A stretch of 64,000 nt of DNA from Candidatus Eiseniibacteriota bacterium (lineage in GTDB: Bacteria > Eisenbacteria > RBG-16-71-46): assembly GCA_038231135.1 (NCBI GenBank), contig JBBRLX010000002.1, positions 128,001 to 192,000 of the forward strand, written 5' to 3'. Made by a program: the position numbers and the translations under genes. A model generated the notes under the pieces. The model saw only the letters and a program-made list of their open reading frames with translations, did no database searches and was not told the DNA's origin. Below, piece by piece: positions 48,563 to 59,285 of this stretch (the stretch's first letter is position 1; the number at the start of each line of letters is the position of its first letter).

Positions 48563-49744
48563 TCAGCGGATTACGACGAACCGGTCCTGGAACGTGAACG
48601 TGCTGGATTCGACACGGTACATGTAGATCCCGGACGCGACGTCGCGGCCATTCTGGTTCTTGAGGTCCCAGCGCGCGAAGTCGCGCACCGGATCGAGGTG
48701 CTCGAGCTTCGCGACCAGATCGCCGGACACCGTGTAGATCTTGATCGTGGCGCGGGCCGGCAGGTTGATGAAGTGCAGCTCGGCCTGGTTCTGATCCCAC
48801 GCCTCGCGGGCCCGGAACGGGTTCGGCACCACCGCCACCCGCTCGAGATTCGCCGTCGGGCCGGCCGTCGGCTCGACCGGAAACGGTGTGAGGTTCTCGA
48901 GGCGGTTGTTGAGGTTGGGACAGCTACGCGGGTCGCCCGGCGTGCCGCAGTGCGCGTAGCGTTCCGCGAGCGTCCCCGTGACGAGCGTGTCCGGCACGAA
49001 CATCTCGTCGTAGGTCGCGTCGAGGTTCGTGTTCTTGAGTTCGTAGGTGATCGAGTACCAGGTCTTGAACCCGTCGTGCGGACCGGGCGGCGCGACGAGC
49101 CTGAACACCGAGTCGCCCCGGCTGAGACAGCGCCCGAACCGGTCGAGCAACCGGCAATCCTTGACGTAGTTCCCGTCGGAGTCGGGATCGACGAACGTGA
49201 CCACGCTGTCGCCCACCACCTGTCCGTTGCAGCGGAACGCCAGCGGCGTGGGCGTCCCCGCCGCCGTGTCGACGTCGGAGAAATTCCACGTGCGCTCGTC
49301 GCCCTGCTGCCGTGAGAACCGGCGGATCAGCACCATCTGCGTGGTGTCCGGGAAGTCCTGCACGCGGTAGATCCGATACCCGCCGAAGTCCTTCCGCGCC
49401 TCGGCAACACGGTCGCGCAGGAACCGCACGCTGATCGTGCGCGGCTGCTCGCGGATGCTGTCCGGCAGCGGCCCCAGGAACGATCCCACGCAGCGGCGGG
49501 GACGCACCAGGCTCGAGTCCTGATACGCACCCGGAAACGCGCACACCGGGATGCGCGGGAATACCGGCCGCGGCAGTCCCTGCGACGCGAAGTTGAAATC
49601 GCAGCCCGGCGTCTGGCCGGTCTGGGCGTGCGCGCTGGAAACGATCGCGCCCACGGCCAGCACGACCCCGGCACAGGTGACGAGCACCTGTGCCGCGGCC
49701 GTGAACGTCGAGCGAAATCCGTGACGCTTGAGGTTTCGAGTCAT
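48563..49744 (-). CDS. Secreted protein with T9SS-like C-terminal domain
   Basis: Signal peptide; DFGGYRIYR; VVPNPF...FINLP..ATIKIYTVSGDLV...WDLKNQNGRDVASGIYMY. Confidence 0.8.
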   Translation of the reverse strand: MTRNLKRHGFRSTFTAAAQVLVTCAGVVLAVGAIVSSAHAQTGQTPGCDFNFASQGLPRPVFPRIPVCAFPGAYQDSSLVRPRRCVGSFLGPLPDSIREQPRTISVRFLRDRVAEARKDFGGYRIYRVQDFPDTTQMVLIRRFSRQQGDERTWNFSDVDTAAGTPTPLAFRCNGQVVGDSVVTFVDPDSDGNYVKDCRLLDRFGRCLSRGDSVFRLVAPPGPHDGFKTWYSITYELKNTNLDATYDEMFVPDTLVTGTLAERYAHCGTPGDPRSCPNLNNRLENLTPFPVEPTAGPTANLERVAVVPNPFRAREAWDQNQAELHFINLPARATIKIYTVSGDLVAKLEHLDPVRDFARWDLKNQNGRDVASGIYMYRVESSTFTFQDRFVVIR

Positions 49745-49748
49745 GCGA

Positions 49749-52205
49749 TCAGTCTCGCGGGATCTGGGGTGACCGTGGATGCGGCAACGCGAGCGGTTTC
49801 GTGCGGATCGCGGCGGACGGGAGCTTCGAAACCGCCTTTGCCGGAGCCATCCGGCGCAGGTTCGCACGCGCCGGCATCAGGGTGGGGTGCTTCACGAGTC
49901 CCCAGATGTTCTGGCACACGTAGTCCACGAGCTGCTGCACCTGGGGACGCTTGAAGAAGTAGACCGGGAACCCGCTCATGATGAACTTCGTGTTCTGAGG
50001 CGCGGGGCCGTGATAGTAGGTCATGACCGGGAACGCCGGATTGGCCCGCGGATCGATCCCCGACCCCGGGAAGTCGCCCGGGTCCGGCAACGTCGCGGCG
50101 GACACGCGGTACAGCGTGTCGAGCGTGGACTCGATGTCCTCGATGTCGGGGTCCGGATTGATGTCCTCCTGCACGAAGTTCGGCTGCTGCAGGAATTCGA
50201 CGGACTCCGTCGTGATGTAGAGGTTGCCGGTGCTGCGCGTCGGCGCCTCGAGCTCGATGGGGTCCGTATCGGGCGCCTTGGGTTCCAGCATGTCGGGAAG
50301 CCCCGCATAGTCCGGGCGGTCGCGGAACCGCCCCGTGGCCTTCGTGATCCTCATCGCCGGTCGCGCGACCCGGAACTCCGACTGCCAGTGGGCGACGTCG
50401 TACATGAAGCGTCCCGGACCCAGTTCGTGACGGGGACTCGAGAACGAATACGTTTTGGTCGGCTGGTCGTTGCTGGGATCGTTGAAGGGATCGGATATGG
50501 CATAGCCCGCGCCGCCGCCCGCGAGCCACACCTGGCCGCCCTGCTTCACGTAGGCCGCGAGCGTGTTGACGCGGCCCGGGCCCCCCATGTACCGCAGCGC
50601 GTCCATCGGGCCGACGAGGTCGGTGCCGGGCTTGACGAGCGCGGCGCCGAGACCATCCGTCATCCACAGGATGTGCGCGTAGTGGCCGAGGATGGACAGG
50701 TGGACCGTGAGGTCGGCCCTGCCGATCCGGGTGCCGATCGTATCGGGCATGTAGGCCCGCGACGAGTCGCCATAGCCGGAGAACACGCCGGGCAGCGTGG
50801 GCATCAGGCCGGGTGGATAACAGCTCCACGGCTGATTGCCGCGCGCCACGAAGAACGTGTCCATCTCGGAACGAGTGGGCCAGGGCCCGGTCGGCAGGTC
50901 CATGCAGCTCTGCCCGGTGGACCGCGTGTCGACGCGAAGCCGGGTGTCGTCCACCAGCAGCAGTGGCTTCTCGAGCTTGGACTCGACGACCGTCATGCGC
51001 AGGATGCCGAGACTCTTGAGCCCGTTGTTGTCCTCGGCCTCGACGAAGAAGAAGTGGGTCTCACCGCCTCGGAACGGCCCCACCGTGGCCGACATCACGT
51101 TCGACTGGGTACTCCAGTGCTGGATGTCGGTCAGCTCGTTCGTCCGCGGCGTGTTGTCGAACACGTTCTCGATGTCGAGTCCCCAGCGGAAGCCGATGAT
51201 GTCGGCGCCCTCGGGTGGCTCGGCGGACCAGTTCACCGTGATGAACTGTTTCGAGGGCACCTCGAGCTTGACCTGGGCGGCGTCGCTCAGGTTGTAGCTG
51301 CCGTTCTTGTAGGAGAAGTTGAAGAACTCGTTGAACATCGTGATCTTCGGCCCCAGCACGCCCGCGAACCCCACCTGCAGCTTGATCATGTTCGAGGTGA
51401 AGTCGAACAGTGGCGAGTAGGCGCCGGCCTCGTCGAATGCGATCACCACGAATACGTAGAGATTGCCCGGCGTCAGGTTCGTGAACTGCACCTGCGTGGT
51501 CTCGGCGCTGGTCGAATCCCAGCCCGCCCAGGGGCCGAGCGGATGGTCCTGGTAGTAGCGGCGCAGCGAGTCGGGGTTGAAGATCGCGAGATCGCGCGGG
51601 AACTCCGAGGACTGGCTGAGCAGGATGTACTTGTACTTGACCGGTTTGGTGGTGAACACGCCGTCCGGGTCCTCGCCGGTCCACGAAATCCGCACGGACG
51701 GGGTGACGAACGCCTTGTACGCGCCCGTAGCCGGATTCGTGATGCGCACCGATGGCGCGACCGTGTACGAATAGAACGCGCGGGCGACGTACGGCCCCGC
51801 GAGCCCCTTGTCGTCGACCGCCTTGATCAGGAAGATGTGGAAGTCACGGCCCAGCAGCCGGCCGCCCGCGTCCCGGAGCGGCTCCTTCGACTTGAAGAAC
51901 AGCCGCTGTTCATTCGCGGTGGTGTTCACCCAGGCCGTGTCCTCGCCCGGATGCAGGTTCTGCGGATCGATCGTGTAGAGGAAGTGATCGACGCGGCCGT
52001 CGGGATCGAACCCGACCCAGTCCACCGTGTACGAGTAGTAGTAGAGCCCCGACGTGTCGACCGGGGCCGAGGTGAGCCGGACTTCGGGAGCCCGATTCGC
52101 CTGCTGTAGAAGGGACATCGGCTTCTTGCTGCATCCAAACGCCAGCACGACCGCGGCCAGCCCCAGACCGATCCGGAGCAGTTGCTTCGAGTGTGGGAAT
52201 TTCAT
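49749..52205 (-). CDS. Large lipoprotein with Ig/FN3-like repeats and a GATase-like C-terminal domain
   Basis: Lipobox AFG-C, NRAPEV, W.G.DPDG.V repeats, LLLVDD, YVKQGGQVWLAG. Confidence 0.8.
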   Translation of the reverse strand: MKFPHSKQLLRIGLGLAAVVLAFGCSKKPMSLLQQANRAPEVRLTSAPVDTSGLYYYSYTVDWVGFDPDGRVDHFLYTIDPQNLHPGEDTAWVNTTANEQRLFFKSKEPLRDAGGRLLGRDFHIFLIKAVDDKGLAGPYVARAFYSYTVAPSVRITNPATGAYKAFVTPSVRISWTGEDPDGVFTTKPVKYKYILLSQSSEFPRDLAIFNPDSLRRYYQDHPLGPWAGWDSTSAETTQVQFTNLTPGNLYVFVVIAFDEAGAYSPLFDFTSNMIKLQVGFAGVLGPKITMFNEFFNFSYKNGSYNLSDAAQVKLEVPSKQFITVNWSAEPPEGADIIGFRWGLDIENVFDNTPRTNELTDIQHWSTQSNVMSATVGPFRGGETHFFFVEAEDNNGLKSLGILRMTVVESKLEKPLLLVDDTRLRVDTRSTGQSCMDLPTGPWPTRSEMDTFFVARGNQPWSCYPPGLMPTLPGVFSGYGDSSRAYMPDTIGTRIGRADLTVHLSILGHYAHILWMTDGLGAALVKPGTDLVGPMDALRYMGGPGRVNTLAAYVKQGGQVWLAGGGAGYAISDPFNDPSNDQPTKTYSFSSPRHELGPGRFMYDVAHWQSEFRVARPAMRITKATGRFRDRPDYAGLPDMLEPKAPDTDPIELEAPTRSTGNLYITTESVEFLQQPNFVQEDINPDPDIEDIESTLDTLYRVSAATLPDPGDFPGSGIDPRANPAFPVMTYYHGPAPQNTKFIMSGFPVYFFKRPQVQQLVDYVCQNIWGLVKHPTLMPARANLRRMAPAKAVSKLPSAAIRTKPLALPHPRSPQIPRD

Positions 52206-54265
52206 CACCGTGAACTCCTGCCCGTTATGGAACCAGGTCCCGGTCGTGGACCTTGTATCTGTGACGTGGCTCCCGCCGGCGCGGACGGCGGCGGAACCCG
52301 GAAATGAATCGCGTTGGCGCCCGCGAAGTTGATGCAGCGGCCCGAACCCTGCGCCAGTTCGCAATCGGCGCAGTCGCACAGCTCGATCTCGGCGTATACG
52401 TCCTGCCCGGCGAAGTACGACGGCACCGACACCGTGATCGCCGGACTGCTCGAACGGAACGCCCCCGGCGGGGCGAACGTGGTGTCCCGGCCGTCGAGAT
52501 TCGTGCCGCGCAGCGTCACCGTCCAGCGGAGCACCGTAGTCACCGACGGACCGCCCGGATTCGGCCGGTTCCGCGGGTCGAGGTCGAATGGGTCGTCGTC
52601 CGACGCGAACAGGTTGAACTTGATGTTGTCCCGGCTGAAGAACGTGGTGTCGGGCCGTGGCACGAACCCGGGCTGATTGAAGTTGAGCCGCGGGGGCTTG
52701 TCGACGAAGAACGTGATCACATGCGTGCGCAGCGCCGGATCGGTGCCGAACAGCACGGTCTTCCGGGGATCGAGGATGCGCTTGTCGAGCGCGCCGTCGC
52801 CATCCACCGACTTGAGCGTGATGAACACCTGGGCCGCCTGCTGCGTGTTGATATAGGCGCCCATCACCGGATTGCGATCGACACGCGCCGCGTCGAATAC
52901 CGGCGCGAGACCCGACAGCGGCGGCGCGACCAGGCTGCTGAACGGGGTGACGAGGAAGCTGAACAGATACTGGAACCCGATCGGGGAGCCGTTCGGCGGC
53001 CCGGGCCGGACCACCCTGGCCGGGCCCGTGACGAACTGCGTGTCGGACAGCGCCGGCTCATTCGTCTTCACCGCCACGTTATACGGGGAATCCACGTCCA
53101 GACCACCGGCGTGGAAGATCACCCACGAGTTCAGGTTGACCGTGTCGCCCTCGGTATGGATGTAGATCTTGTCCTTGTAGATCTCGTAGAACGTGGGCTG
53201 ATAGGGGCGTTCGGCTGGCAGCTTCACGAGCGAGTCGGAACTGAGCATCGTGCCCCTGAGCTGCGGCGTGGCGCGCAGCGTGGCGCTCGACATGTCCGGC
53301 AGCGTCAGCGAGCGTTCGTGCGTGACGGGATTGGGGGGGCCGAACAGGTTCGGATCGGGGCCGGCGAACCAAGTGTCGGGGCTGTAGTTCATCTGGAACC
53401 GGCGGTTCGTCGACTGGGATCCGCCGGCCTGATCCAGCACCTTGAGCGTGAACACCTTGAGTCCGGGGGCCACGGCGCCGGCCAGATAGGACTTCGAGGT
53501 GGATTCCGCCGGGGCCTCGATGAAGTTCTGTTCGTCCAGCTTGTAGCGGTAGCCCGTCACGTAGGTGCCCGCAATCGTCGGTTCGCCGCGCCATTTGATG
53601 GTCAACCCGGAAACCGAAGGGACCGTGTCCTGGGGAGCCTTGGCCTGGTTGTCGAACGTCAGCGAGTCATGCACGAAGACCGTGGTGTCCTTGGAGACCA
53701 AGGTTCCGTTCCCCAGTTCGCGGTAGATCCTGCCGAGAGCCTTGAGCTCGAAGATGTAGGGATCCGGCGGGAAGCGATCGAGCGCATTGAAGATGAACCG
53801 GGCCGGCGTCGGATCCGGTTTGCCCTTGTCGTCCACGGCATAGATGAAGAACGCGTGCTGGCGATCGGCACGGAACTCGGACACGTCGAAGATGAACGTG
53901 GTGTCGGTTCGCGTCGTGAAATGGTAGTCGTGCGGCTTGGGACCAGGCAGGGCAGGCAGGAACAGACCCGGGGGCGGCACCGGGATGGTTTCCACGACCG
54001 CGTAGTAGAAACCCGCAACGGTCCCGTCGCGATCCGATCCCGCCCAGTACAGGTGGAAACGGACCGGGATGGTGCCGGCGCCTCCGGGAGGAGTCACCAC
54101 CGGAAACCCGTTGGAGTCCTTCTCGGTGATCGTGTCCTGCGGGGCCTGCGTGATCCAGGTTTCTGGCGCTACGTTGCGATCGACGTTGGGCGCTAGAGGT
54201 TTGCGACAACCGACGCCTATGAACAGGGTCAAAACAGACAAAGCAAGACCAACACGAAAGCGCAT
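52205..54265 (-). CDS. Large lipoprotein with Ig/FN3-like repeats
   Basis: Lipobox GVG-C, NVAPETWIT, WAGSDRDGTV, AVDDKGKPDPTPA; stop overlaps next start. Confidence 0.8.
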   Translation of the reverse strand: MRFRVGLALSVLTLFIGVGCRKPLAPNVDRNVAPETWITQAPQDTITEKDSNGFPVVTPPGGAGTIPVRFHLYWAGSDRDGTVAGFYYAVVETIPVPPPGLFLPALPGPKPHDYHFTTRTDTTFIFDVSEFRADRQHAFFIYAVDDKGKPDPTPARFIFNALDRFPPDPYIFELKALGRIYRELGNGTLVSKDTTVFVHDSLTFDNQAKAPQDTVPSVSGLTIKWRGEPTIAGTYVTGYRYKLDEQNFIEAPAESTSKSYLAGAVAPGLKVFTLKVLDQAGGSQSTNRRFQMNYSPDTWFAGPDPNLFGPPNPVTHERSLTLPDMSSATLRATPQLRGTMLSSDSLVKLPAERPYQPTFYEIYKDKIYIHTEGDTVNLNSWVIFHAGGLDVDSPYNVAVKTNEPALSDTQFVTGPARVVRPGPPNGSPIGFQYLFSFLVTPFSSLVAPPLSGLAPVFDAARVDRNPVMGAYINTQQAAQVFITLKSVDGDGALDKRILDPRKTVLFGTDPALRTHVITFFVDKPPRLNFNQPGFVPRPDTTFFSRDNIKFNLFASDDDPFDLDPRNRPNPGGPSVTTVLRWTVTLRGTNLDGRDTTFAPPGAFRSSSPAITVSVPSYFAGQDVYAEIELCDCADCELAQGSGRCINFAGANAIHFRVPPPSAPAGATSQIQGPRPGPGSITGRSSR

Positions 54266-54309
54266 TCACGCCCCCCAGAACGCCCGGTCATTTAGAAGGG
54301 AATGGGAGG

Positions 54310-54338
54310 ACGTTAACAAGGGGTGCTCGAAGCGTCAA
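54310..54338 (-). promoter_or_regulatory. Sigma70-type promoter
   Basis: TTGACG-N17-TAACGT upstream of the lipoprotein operon. Confidence 0.5.
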
Positions 54339-54462
54339 GTTACAAAACCACAGCGAATAGCGCGGCCCATCCGCGCCACGAGAACGCGCGCCACGAGGCC
54401 GGCACATCCGGGCCCGTGAATCGACCCCGACGCACGCCCCGCAGCCGCCTGGACGACCCTGC

Positions 54463-54504
54463 AAAGAAGAAACCGGGGGGCGGAGCTTTCGCCCCGCCCC
54501 CCGG
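54463..54504 (-). terminator. Intrinsic terminator
   Basis: CCGGGGGGCGGGGC-GAAA-GCTCCGCCCCCCGG followed by TTTCTTCTTT. Confidence 0.85.
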
Positions 54505-54527
54505 CGGTACTTCGAACTGCCGTGATG

Positions 54528-57500
54528 CTACTTGAGGACGACCAGCTTCGACTCACCCGTGAACTTGCTCACCGCGTGCTGCGAGCGAACGAAGTACACG
54601 CCGCGGGCGACCTGCCGGCCCACGTTGTCCGCACCGTCCCACGTGAGCTTGTGCTCGCCAGCCGTGAAGGCCCGGTCCGCCAGCGTACGCACGAGGCGTC
54701 CGCTCACGTCGAAGATCTGGATCTTCACACGGTCAGCCTTCGCGAGTCCGAAGTTGACCGAGGCCGATCCCGACCGCAGTGGGTTGTTGGCGAGGTTCAT
54801 GAAGTTGAACAGACGGCCATCACCGTTTCCGGGCGTGTCCGTCGTGATGATCGGGGCACCTGCGATGGGGCAGATGGCCGAGAACACGTGCGTGAACACG
54901 TTGAAGAAGTACGTGAGGCGTCCGCGATCCGAGATGTCGTCACGCGAATGCAGGTTGGTGATGTTCCAGCCGTCCACCAGCGAGATCCACGGGTTGTTGG
55001 CCGTGTGGTGATGCACGAGTCCCGAGATATAGGGCGCGTTCGCACCAACCGGCTCGTAGAACGTGGCGACGGCCGTCTCGCCGGCCAGACCAGGATCCTG
55101 GTCGAGGACGTCGAGAGTGAACGTGCACACGCTACGGACACCATAGATATCGGTGAGCGTCGGATCGACTTCCGCCGTGGGATCGATGTCCACAGCGAAG
55201 GCCGTGTTCTGAGACTCGGCGATGTAGTTGGGGTTGCGCAGCGCAACACCCAGGAAGCCCGTCAGGAAGTTCGTGCCCAGACCGCCATCGTCGGTAGCTT
55301 CGACGAAGCCATCGCCTTCCGCGAAGTAGCCGCGGTCGGGAGAGGCGGTGTTACCCGACAACAAGAAGTCCTGCTGGATCTTGTAGTCGTTCTGGCTCTT
55401 GTCCTTGAACGGGCCGAAGATGCTCGAGTTCAGATCGCCACTCAGCACCATGAGGACCTTGTAGTACGCGTTCAGCATTTCTTCCGAAGGACCCTGGCGC
55501 GACGACTTGCCGTTGATCTGGATGTTCGAGCCGTCTGCAAACGACAGGCCCGACACGCCACCACGGCTGCCGAGGCTTCCAGAGCCGGAGTTGAGCGATT
55601 CAGCCGCCTTCACTCCGTACATGTCCCACGTCGTTCCGGGCGAGCCGATGTGCTTGCGCACGAAGCCAGCCGGATCGTTGATGTCGCCGTCGCCGGCAGC
55701 ATGCCAGCCGTTGTGGGCGCCGTACTTCTCGGACTGGGTCGCGCCGATCGAGTCGGCCACACCCACCCACACGCGCTCGTCGCCGCGGCGATCGTTCTGG
55801 TCGACGTACAGCATGCACGCGGCTCCACGTCCCGGCGTACCGAGAACGGGGTGCGTGTAGTTGCTCGCCTTCCAGCGGTCGGGAAGAACACTGAACTCCT
55901 GCCACCGATGACCGTCGAGCGAGGGTCCTTCCGAGTTCTGCGGAGAGACCACGTTCGTGTCAGGCACCGTCGCGATATGGACCACGTCCGTCCCGTCCTG
56001 GCGGCGGAAGAAGTATTCGACGTGCGATCCGGGCGTCAGCAGACCGTCCGGAATGATCTTGGTGCCTTCCTTCGTGGACGTGACGCCATTGAAGCCGGCG
56101 GCAGCAGTCGCCCACGTCGGCGGGTACACGGTTCCAGCCGGCGTCGGGCCGGAGCCGCAGATGACCGCGGACGTCGGGACCGCGAGGGCGGTATCTGCGA
56201 CGAAGCAGATATTCCTCGGGATGCCCAGCGCGCCGCGATTCGCATCGGCAAGCTCGGTCTCGTGATACGCCGTCATGAAGACTCCGTTGTTGCCCGGCTG
56301 GACGATGCCACGCTTGTTGAGCTCGAAGACGTTGACCTGAGCCGTGTCCATGCGTGCACTGTTCCACACCTGCGGACTCCAGATCTTCTGGCCAGCCAGC
56401 GGACCCGAAACAGCCGTCGGGTGACCACCCGGGCTGCCGTGGATGCCGTTGTTGAACATGTAGTTCGACCAGAAGTTCGCAACACCCGAAGCCGGAGTCG
56501 GGATGGGCGCGACGTTCTTGCTCACAGCACGCAGCTGCGAGTTCACGCCGAGCGCCGCATTCACGTAGTTGCCCGGTCCCGGAAGGATGCGGAACACGAG
56601 GTCCACGCGCACGCTGTCGCCTTCGGCATTCACCGCAGTGGTGTCGCCGGGGACGTCGAAGCGGCTCGTGTTGCCCGTGGTCGGAGCGTTGTTGAGGCCG
56701 TTCTTGATCAGTGCAGTGGTCGTATCGAACGCCGCCGCGACTCCCGAGATTCCAGGCGAATCATTGTTCGGGAACGTGTCGTGGTAGAGGTGCCAGATAT
56801 CGACACTGATCGGGTCCGCACCCGCGCCATCGACGATGCTCAGGGAGATGTTGTCCCAGTACGCGCCATCGAGGAACTCGGACTGCGGAATGCCGAACCG
56901 GTAGGCTTCCTGGCGGGTGCCGAGGAAGATCCTCACGGAGTCAGGTACGCCGCTGACGTTCGTCGTCCGCAGCATGCCGTTACCCTTGACCGGCTCGATG
57001 TCCCGGAAGCACTGCTTGTCCGGATTGAACAGAATGAAGGGCCAGAAGCGGGTACCGCCCCAGCGCTTGTGCTCGCCGACACCCGACGCTCCGATGGCCG
57101 CAGGATACACCTGGAAACCACCGCGCCAGGCGTTGCCCTGGTTGAAGAAGTCGAAGATACCGGTATAGAGCTCGTAGTCGAGGTAGTAGTCGTCCGTCGC
57201 ATCCGCTTCGCCCGTGCTCAGGCCCATGTTGTTCTTGCCTGATCCCGGCGTCGAGAAATTGATGGTCGGCGAATAGATGCCCTGGAAGGGCTCCTGCTCC
57301 GCCGTTCCGAACGTACCGCCTGACCGCTCGTTGTGATCGTGGTCACCAGCGGAGACGACCTGGCCCTGCATATCGCAGATACGCGCCGGGTTGCCGACCT
57401 GACCGCAGAGATCCTGATACAACAGACCCGCGCTCGGGCTGAGCTGGTGGACGTGATGGAACGCCTGCGGCGGCTTGCCCGTGGACTTCCACGCGGTCAA

Positions 57501-58910
57501 TGCCGATACGCCGGCGTTGTTGTTGATGTCCGACGCCGATTCGAACGCGCCGATGACCGCGGGCGCACCAACACCCTTGGTAACCGTGACGTTGTCGATG
57601 ATCGCGGCGCCGACGCCACCGGACGAGAAGCCGTTCAGGTTCGCGAGCGCGTCGTTGAACGAACGCTCGGTGTGAACCCGGAACACGAGGCGGACCTTGT
57701 TCGCGCCGGCGGCCCGGATCGGACCCAGCACGGAACCAGGAATCACCAGGTTGCCCGACGGCGACGAGGCGATGGTGCCGCCCTTGCCGAAGATCCACTT
57801 GTAGAGGCCTTCGTTCGACCGTACGACTTCACCGAACCAGCGGCGCAGCGGGTCGTAGATCGTGTGCGTGAGGCCGTCCGACAGCTTGACGGAACCTTCC
57901 GCCGGCGCGCCCACGTACACTTCGAGCGAGTCCGTCGGCGGCGCTGCCACCGTGGAGGCGTTCTGGATGTAGTTGGGGTTGGCGCCGCCCGTGATGACGG
58001 TGAGCGGATCGTGCACGAACCAGCCCTGACGGGTGATGTCGTTCGTGCCGAAGCTCGTCGACAGCGCTGTGCGGTACTGGAATGAAACCGTCAGCGAAGT
58101 GTCGCCAGCTCCCGACATATCGATGTCGCGATACAGCAACTGGTCCATCTGACCGGTGAAGCCGGGGTACTTCTTGTCCGTTCCACCGGCGCCAGTCGAG
58201 TTGAACTGGTCGAACGCGACCACGTCTTCGTTGAACGGGTTGAGCGTGATCGGATCCACCTGCGAGGTGTCGCCGTGACGACGGAGACCCATCCACGCCG
58301 AGGAGCTGCCCGCGAGCGGCGCCCACTTCACGCCACCATCGGTTTCACCGGTCCAGTTTGTGCTGGCCGGAGGCACCACTGTGTTGCCACCGTCGACGTG
58401 CCACACGCCCGTGACGCCAAACGTGCGCTTGTTGGCGCCGAAGACGTAGTTGGCGATGTTGCCGAATTCGAGGGCGCGCCAGGGGCGCAGGTGATCGGGA
58501 ATCGTGAGACCGCCCGTACCGGACATCTGGTTACGGACGGACCACCAACCCTGCAGAGAGTCACCGTGCGGATAACCGGAACCGCCGGCTTCGAAGTCCC
58601 ACATCGCACCCTGCGCGGGCGGACGATGGTAGGGACCGGTCGGAACGGAGAACTTGTCGCTGCCGGACCAGATGGACCAATAGTTGTCTCCCGAATGCCC
58701 CGGGGTATAACCGACGTACGTCGTGTCCACCGTGGTGGCCGACGAGCCGAGCCTCGAGGCGCGTGACTGGAGATCCTTGGCCATGGCGGCGTTCATGAGC
58801 TTGGGGCTCACGTTCATCTCGCCATCGCTATCCAGGGCCGCAAGCGCCAAATTCGCCACGAACGCGGTTGCTCCTGCTGCAAGCAACAGCGCAACGAGCG
58901 ATTTCTTCAT
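54528..58910 (-). CDS. Large secreted surface protein (~1460 aa) with C-terminal FlgD-Ig/T9SS-like CTD
   Basis: GGAGGT RBS, signal peptide MKKSLVALL; C-terminal NNP...IFDVSGRLVRTL...WDG.D..G..VA.GVYF..KLVVLK. Confidence 0.88.
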   Translation of the reverse strand: MKKSLVALLLAAGATAFVANLALAALDSDGEMNVSPKLMNAAMAKDLQSRASRLGSSATTVDTTYVGYTPGHSGDNYWSIWSGSDKFSVPTGPYHRPPAQGAMWDFEAGGSGYPHGDSLQGWWSVRNQMSGTGGLTIPDHLRPWRALEFGNIANYVFGANKRTFGVTGVWHVDGGNTVVPPASTNWTGETDGGVKWAPLAGSSSAWMGLRRHGDTSQVDPITLNPFNEDVVAFDQFNSTGAGGTDKKYPGFTGQMDQLLYRDIDMSGAGDTSLTVSFQYRTALSTSFGTNDITRQGWFVHDPLTVITGGANPNYIQNASTVAAPPTDSLEVYVGAPAEGSVKLSDGLTHTIYDPLRRWFGEVVRSNEGLYKWIFGKGGTIASSPSGNLVIPGSVLGPIRAAGANKVRLVFRVHTERSFNDALANLNGFSSGGVGAAIIDNVTVTKGVGAPAVIGAFESASDINNNAGVSALTAWKSTGKPPQAFHHVHQLSPSAGLLYQDLCGQVGNPARICDMQGQVVSAGDHDHNERSGGTFGTAEQEPFQGIYSPTINFSTPGSGKNNMGLSTGEADATDDYYLDYELYTGIFDFFNQGNAWRGGFQVYPAAIGASGVGEHKRWGGTRFWPFILFNPDKQCFRDIEPVKGNGMLRTTNVSGVPDSVRIFLGTRQEAYRFGIPQSEFLDGAYWDNISLSIVDGAGADPISVDIWHLYHDTFPNNDSPGISGVAAAFDTTTALIKNGLNNAPTTGNTSRFDVPGDTTAVNAEGDSVRVDLVFRILPGPGNYVNAALGVNSQLRAVSKNVAPIPTPASGVANFWSNYMFNNGIHGSPGGHPTAVSGPLAGQKIWSPQVWNSARMDTAQVNVFELNKRGIVQPGNNGVFMTAYHETELADANRGALGIPRNICFVADTALAVPTSAVICGSGPTPAGTVYPPTWATAAAGFNGVTSTKEGTKIIPDGLLTPGSHVEYFFRRQDGTDVVHIATVPDTNVVSPQNSEGPSLDGHRWQEFSVLPDRWKASNYTHPVLGTPGRGAACMLYVDQNDRRGDERVWVGVADSIGATQSEKYGAHNGWHAAGDGDINDPAGFVRKHIGSPGTTWDMYGVKAAESLNSGSGSLGSRGGVSGLSFADGSNIQINGKSSRQGPSEEMLNAYYKVLMVLSGDLNSSIFGPFKDKSQNDYKIQQDFLLSGNTASPDRGYFAEGDGFVEATDDGGLGTNFLTGFLGVALRNPNYIAESQNTAFAVDIDPTAEVDPTLTDIYGVRSVCTFTLDVLDQDPGLAGETAVATFYEPVGANAPYISGLVHHHTANNPWISLVDGWNITNLHSRDDISDRGRLTYFFNVFTHVFSAICPIAGAPIITTDTPGNGDGRLFNFMNLANNPLRSGSASVNFGLAKADRVKIQIFDVSGRLVRTLADRAFTAGEHKLTWDGADNVGRQVARGVYFVRSQHAVSKFTGESKLVVLK

Positions 58911-59255
58911 TTGATTACCTCCATCGTCGCAATGCATGGGCAATGCGAAGTGTTCCAAGAACGGGATTTCGAGCGAGGTATCGCAGAACAACAATTGCGC
59001 CGAAGGCCTCCTCAAAAAATGGCGGAGACACCGACGGCATCAGCTGCGCTCGGTGAGTGCGATTCCCCCTTTCTGCAGTCGGGCCACACACTTTAGGCAG
59101 TTCAAGTGCACTGGCCGACACTCGAGTATGAGTACTGTCTTCGTTTCGATTGAACGTAGAGGACGACCGCTGCCAGTCGCCGAGGGCTACGACAACCGCG
59201 GAACCTGAAGCGCTCCTAGGGGTTTTAAGAGGAGCGCCGCTACCCAGCAACGCAA

Positions 59256-59285
59256 AGGCTAGGCGCTGCTACAGGCTTCTGTCAA
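59256..59285 (-). promoter_or_regulatory. Sigma70-type promoter for the large surface-protein gene
   Basis: TTGACA-N18-TAGCCT with an upstream A-tract. Confidence 0.55.

Noticed and set aside
54522..57242. 906-aa plus-strand ORF (likewise 49779-52109, 52304-54196, 5236-6996, 27410-29221)
   Set aside because: Antisense shadows of well-supported minus-strand genes
59240..59270. ACGCAAAG resembling a c-di-GMP-I riboswitch
   Set aside because: Wrong strand for the downstream gene and no GAAA-tetraloop P2 stem seen
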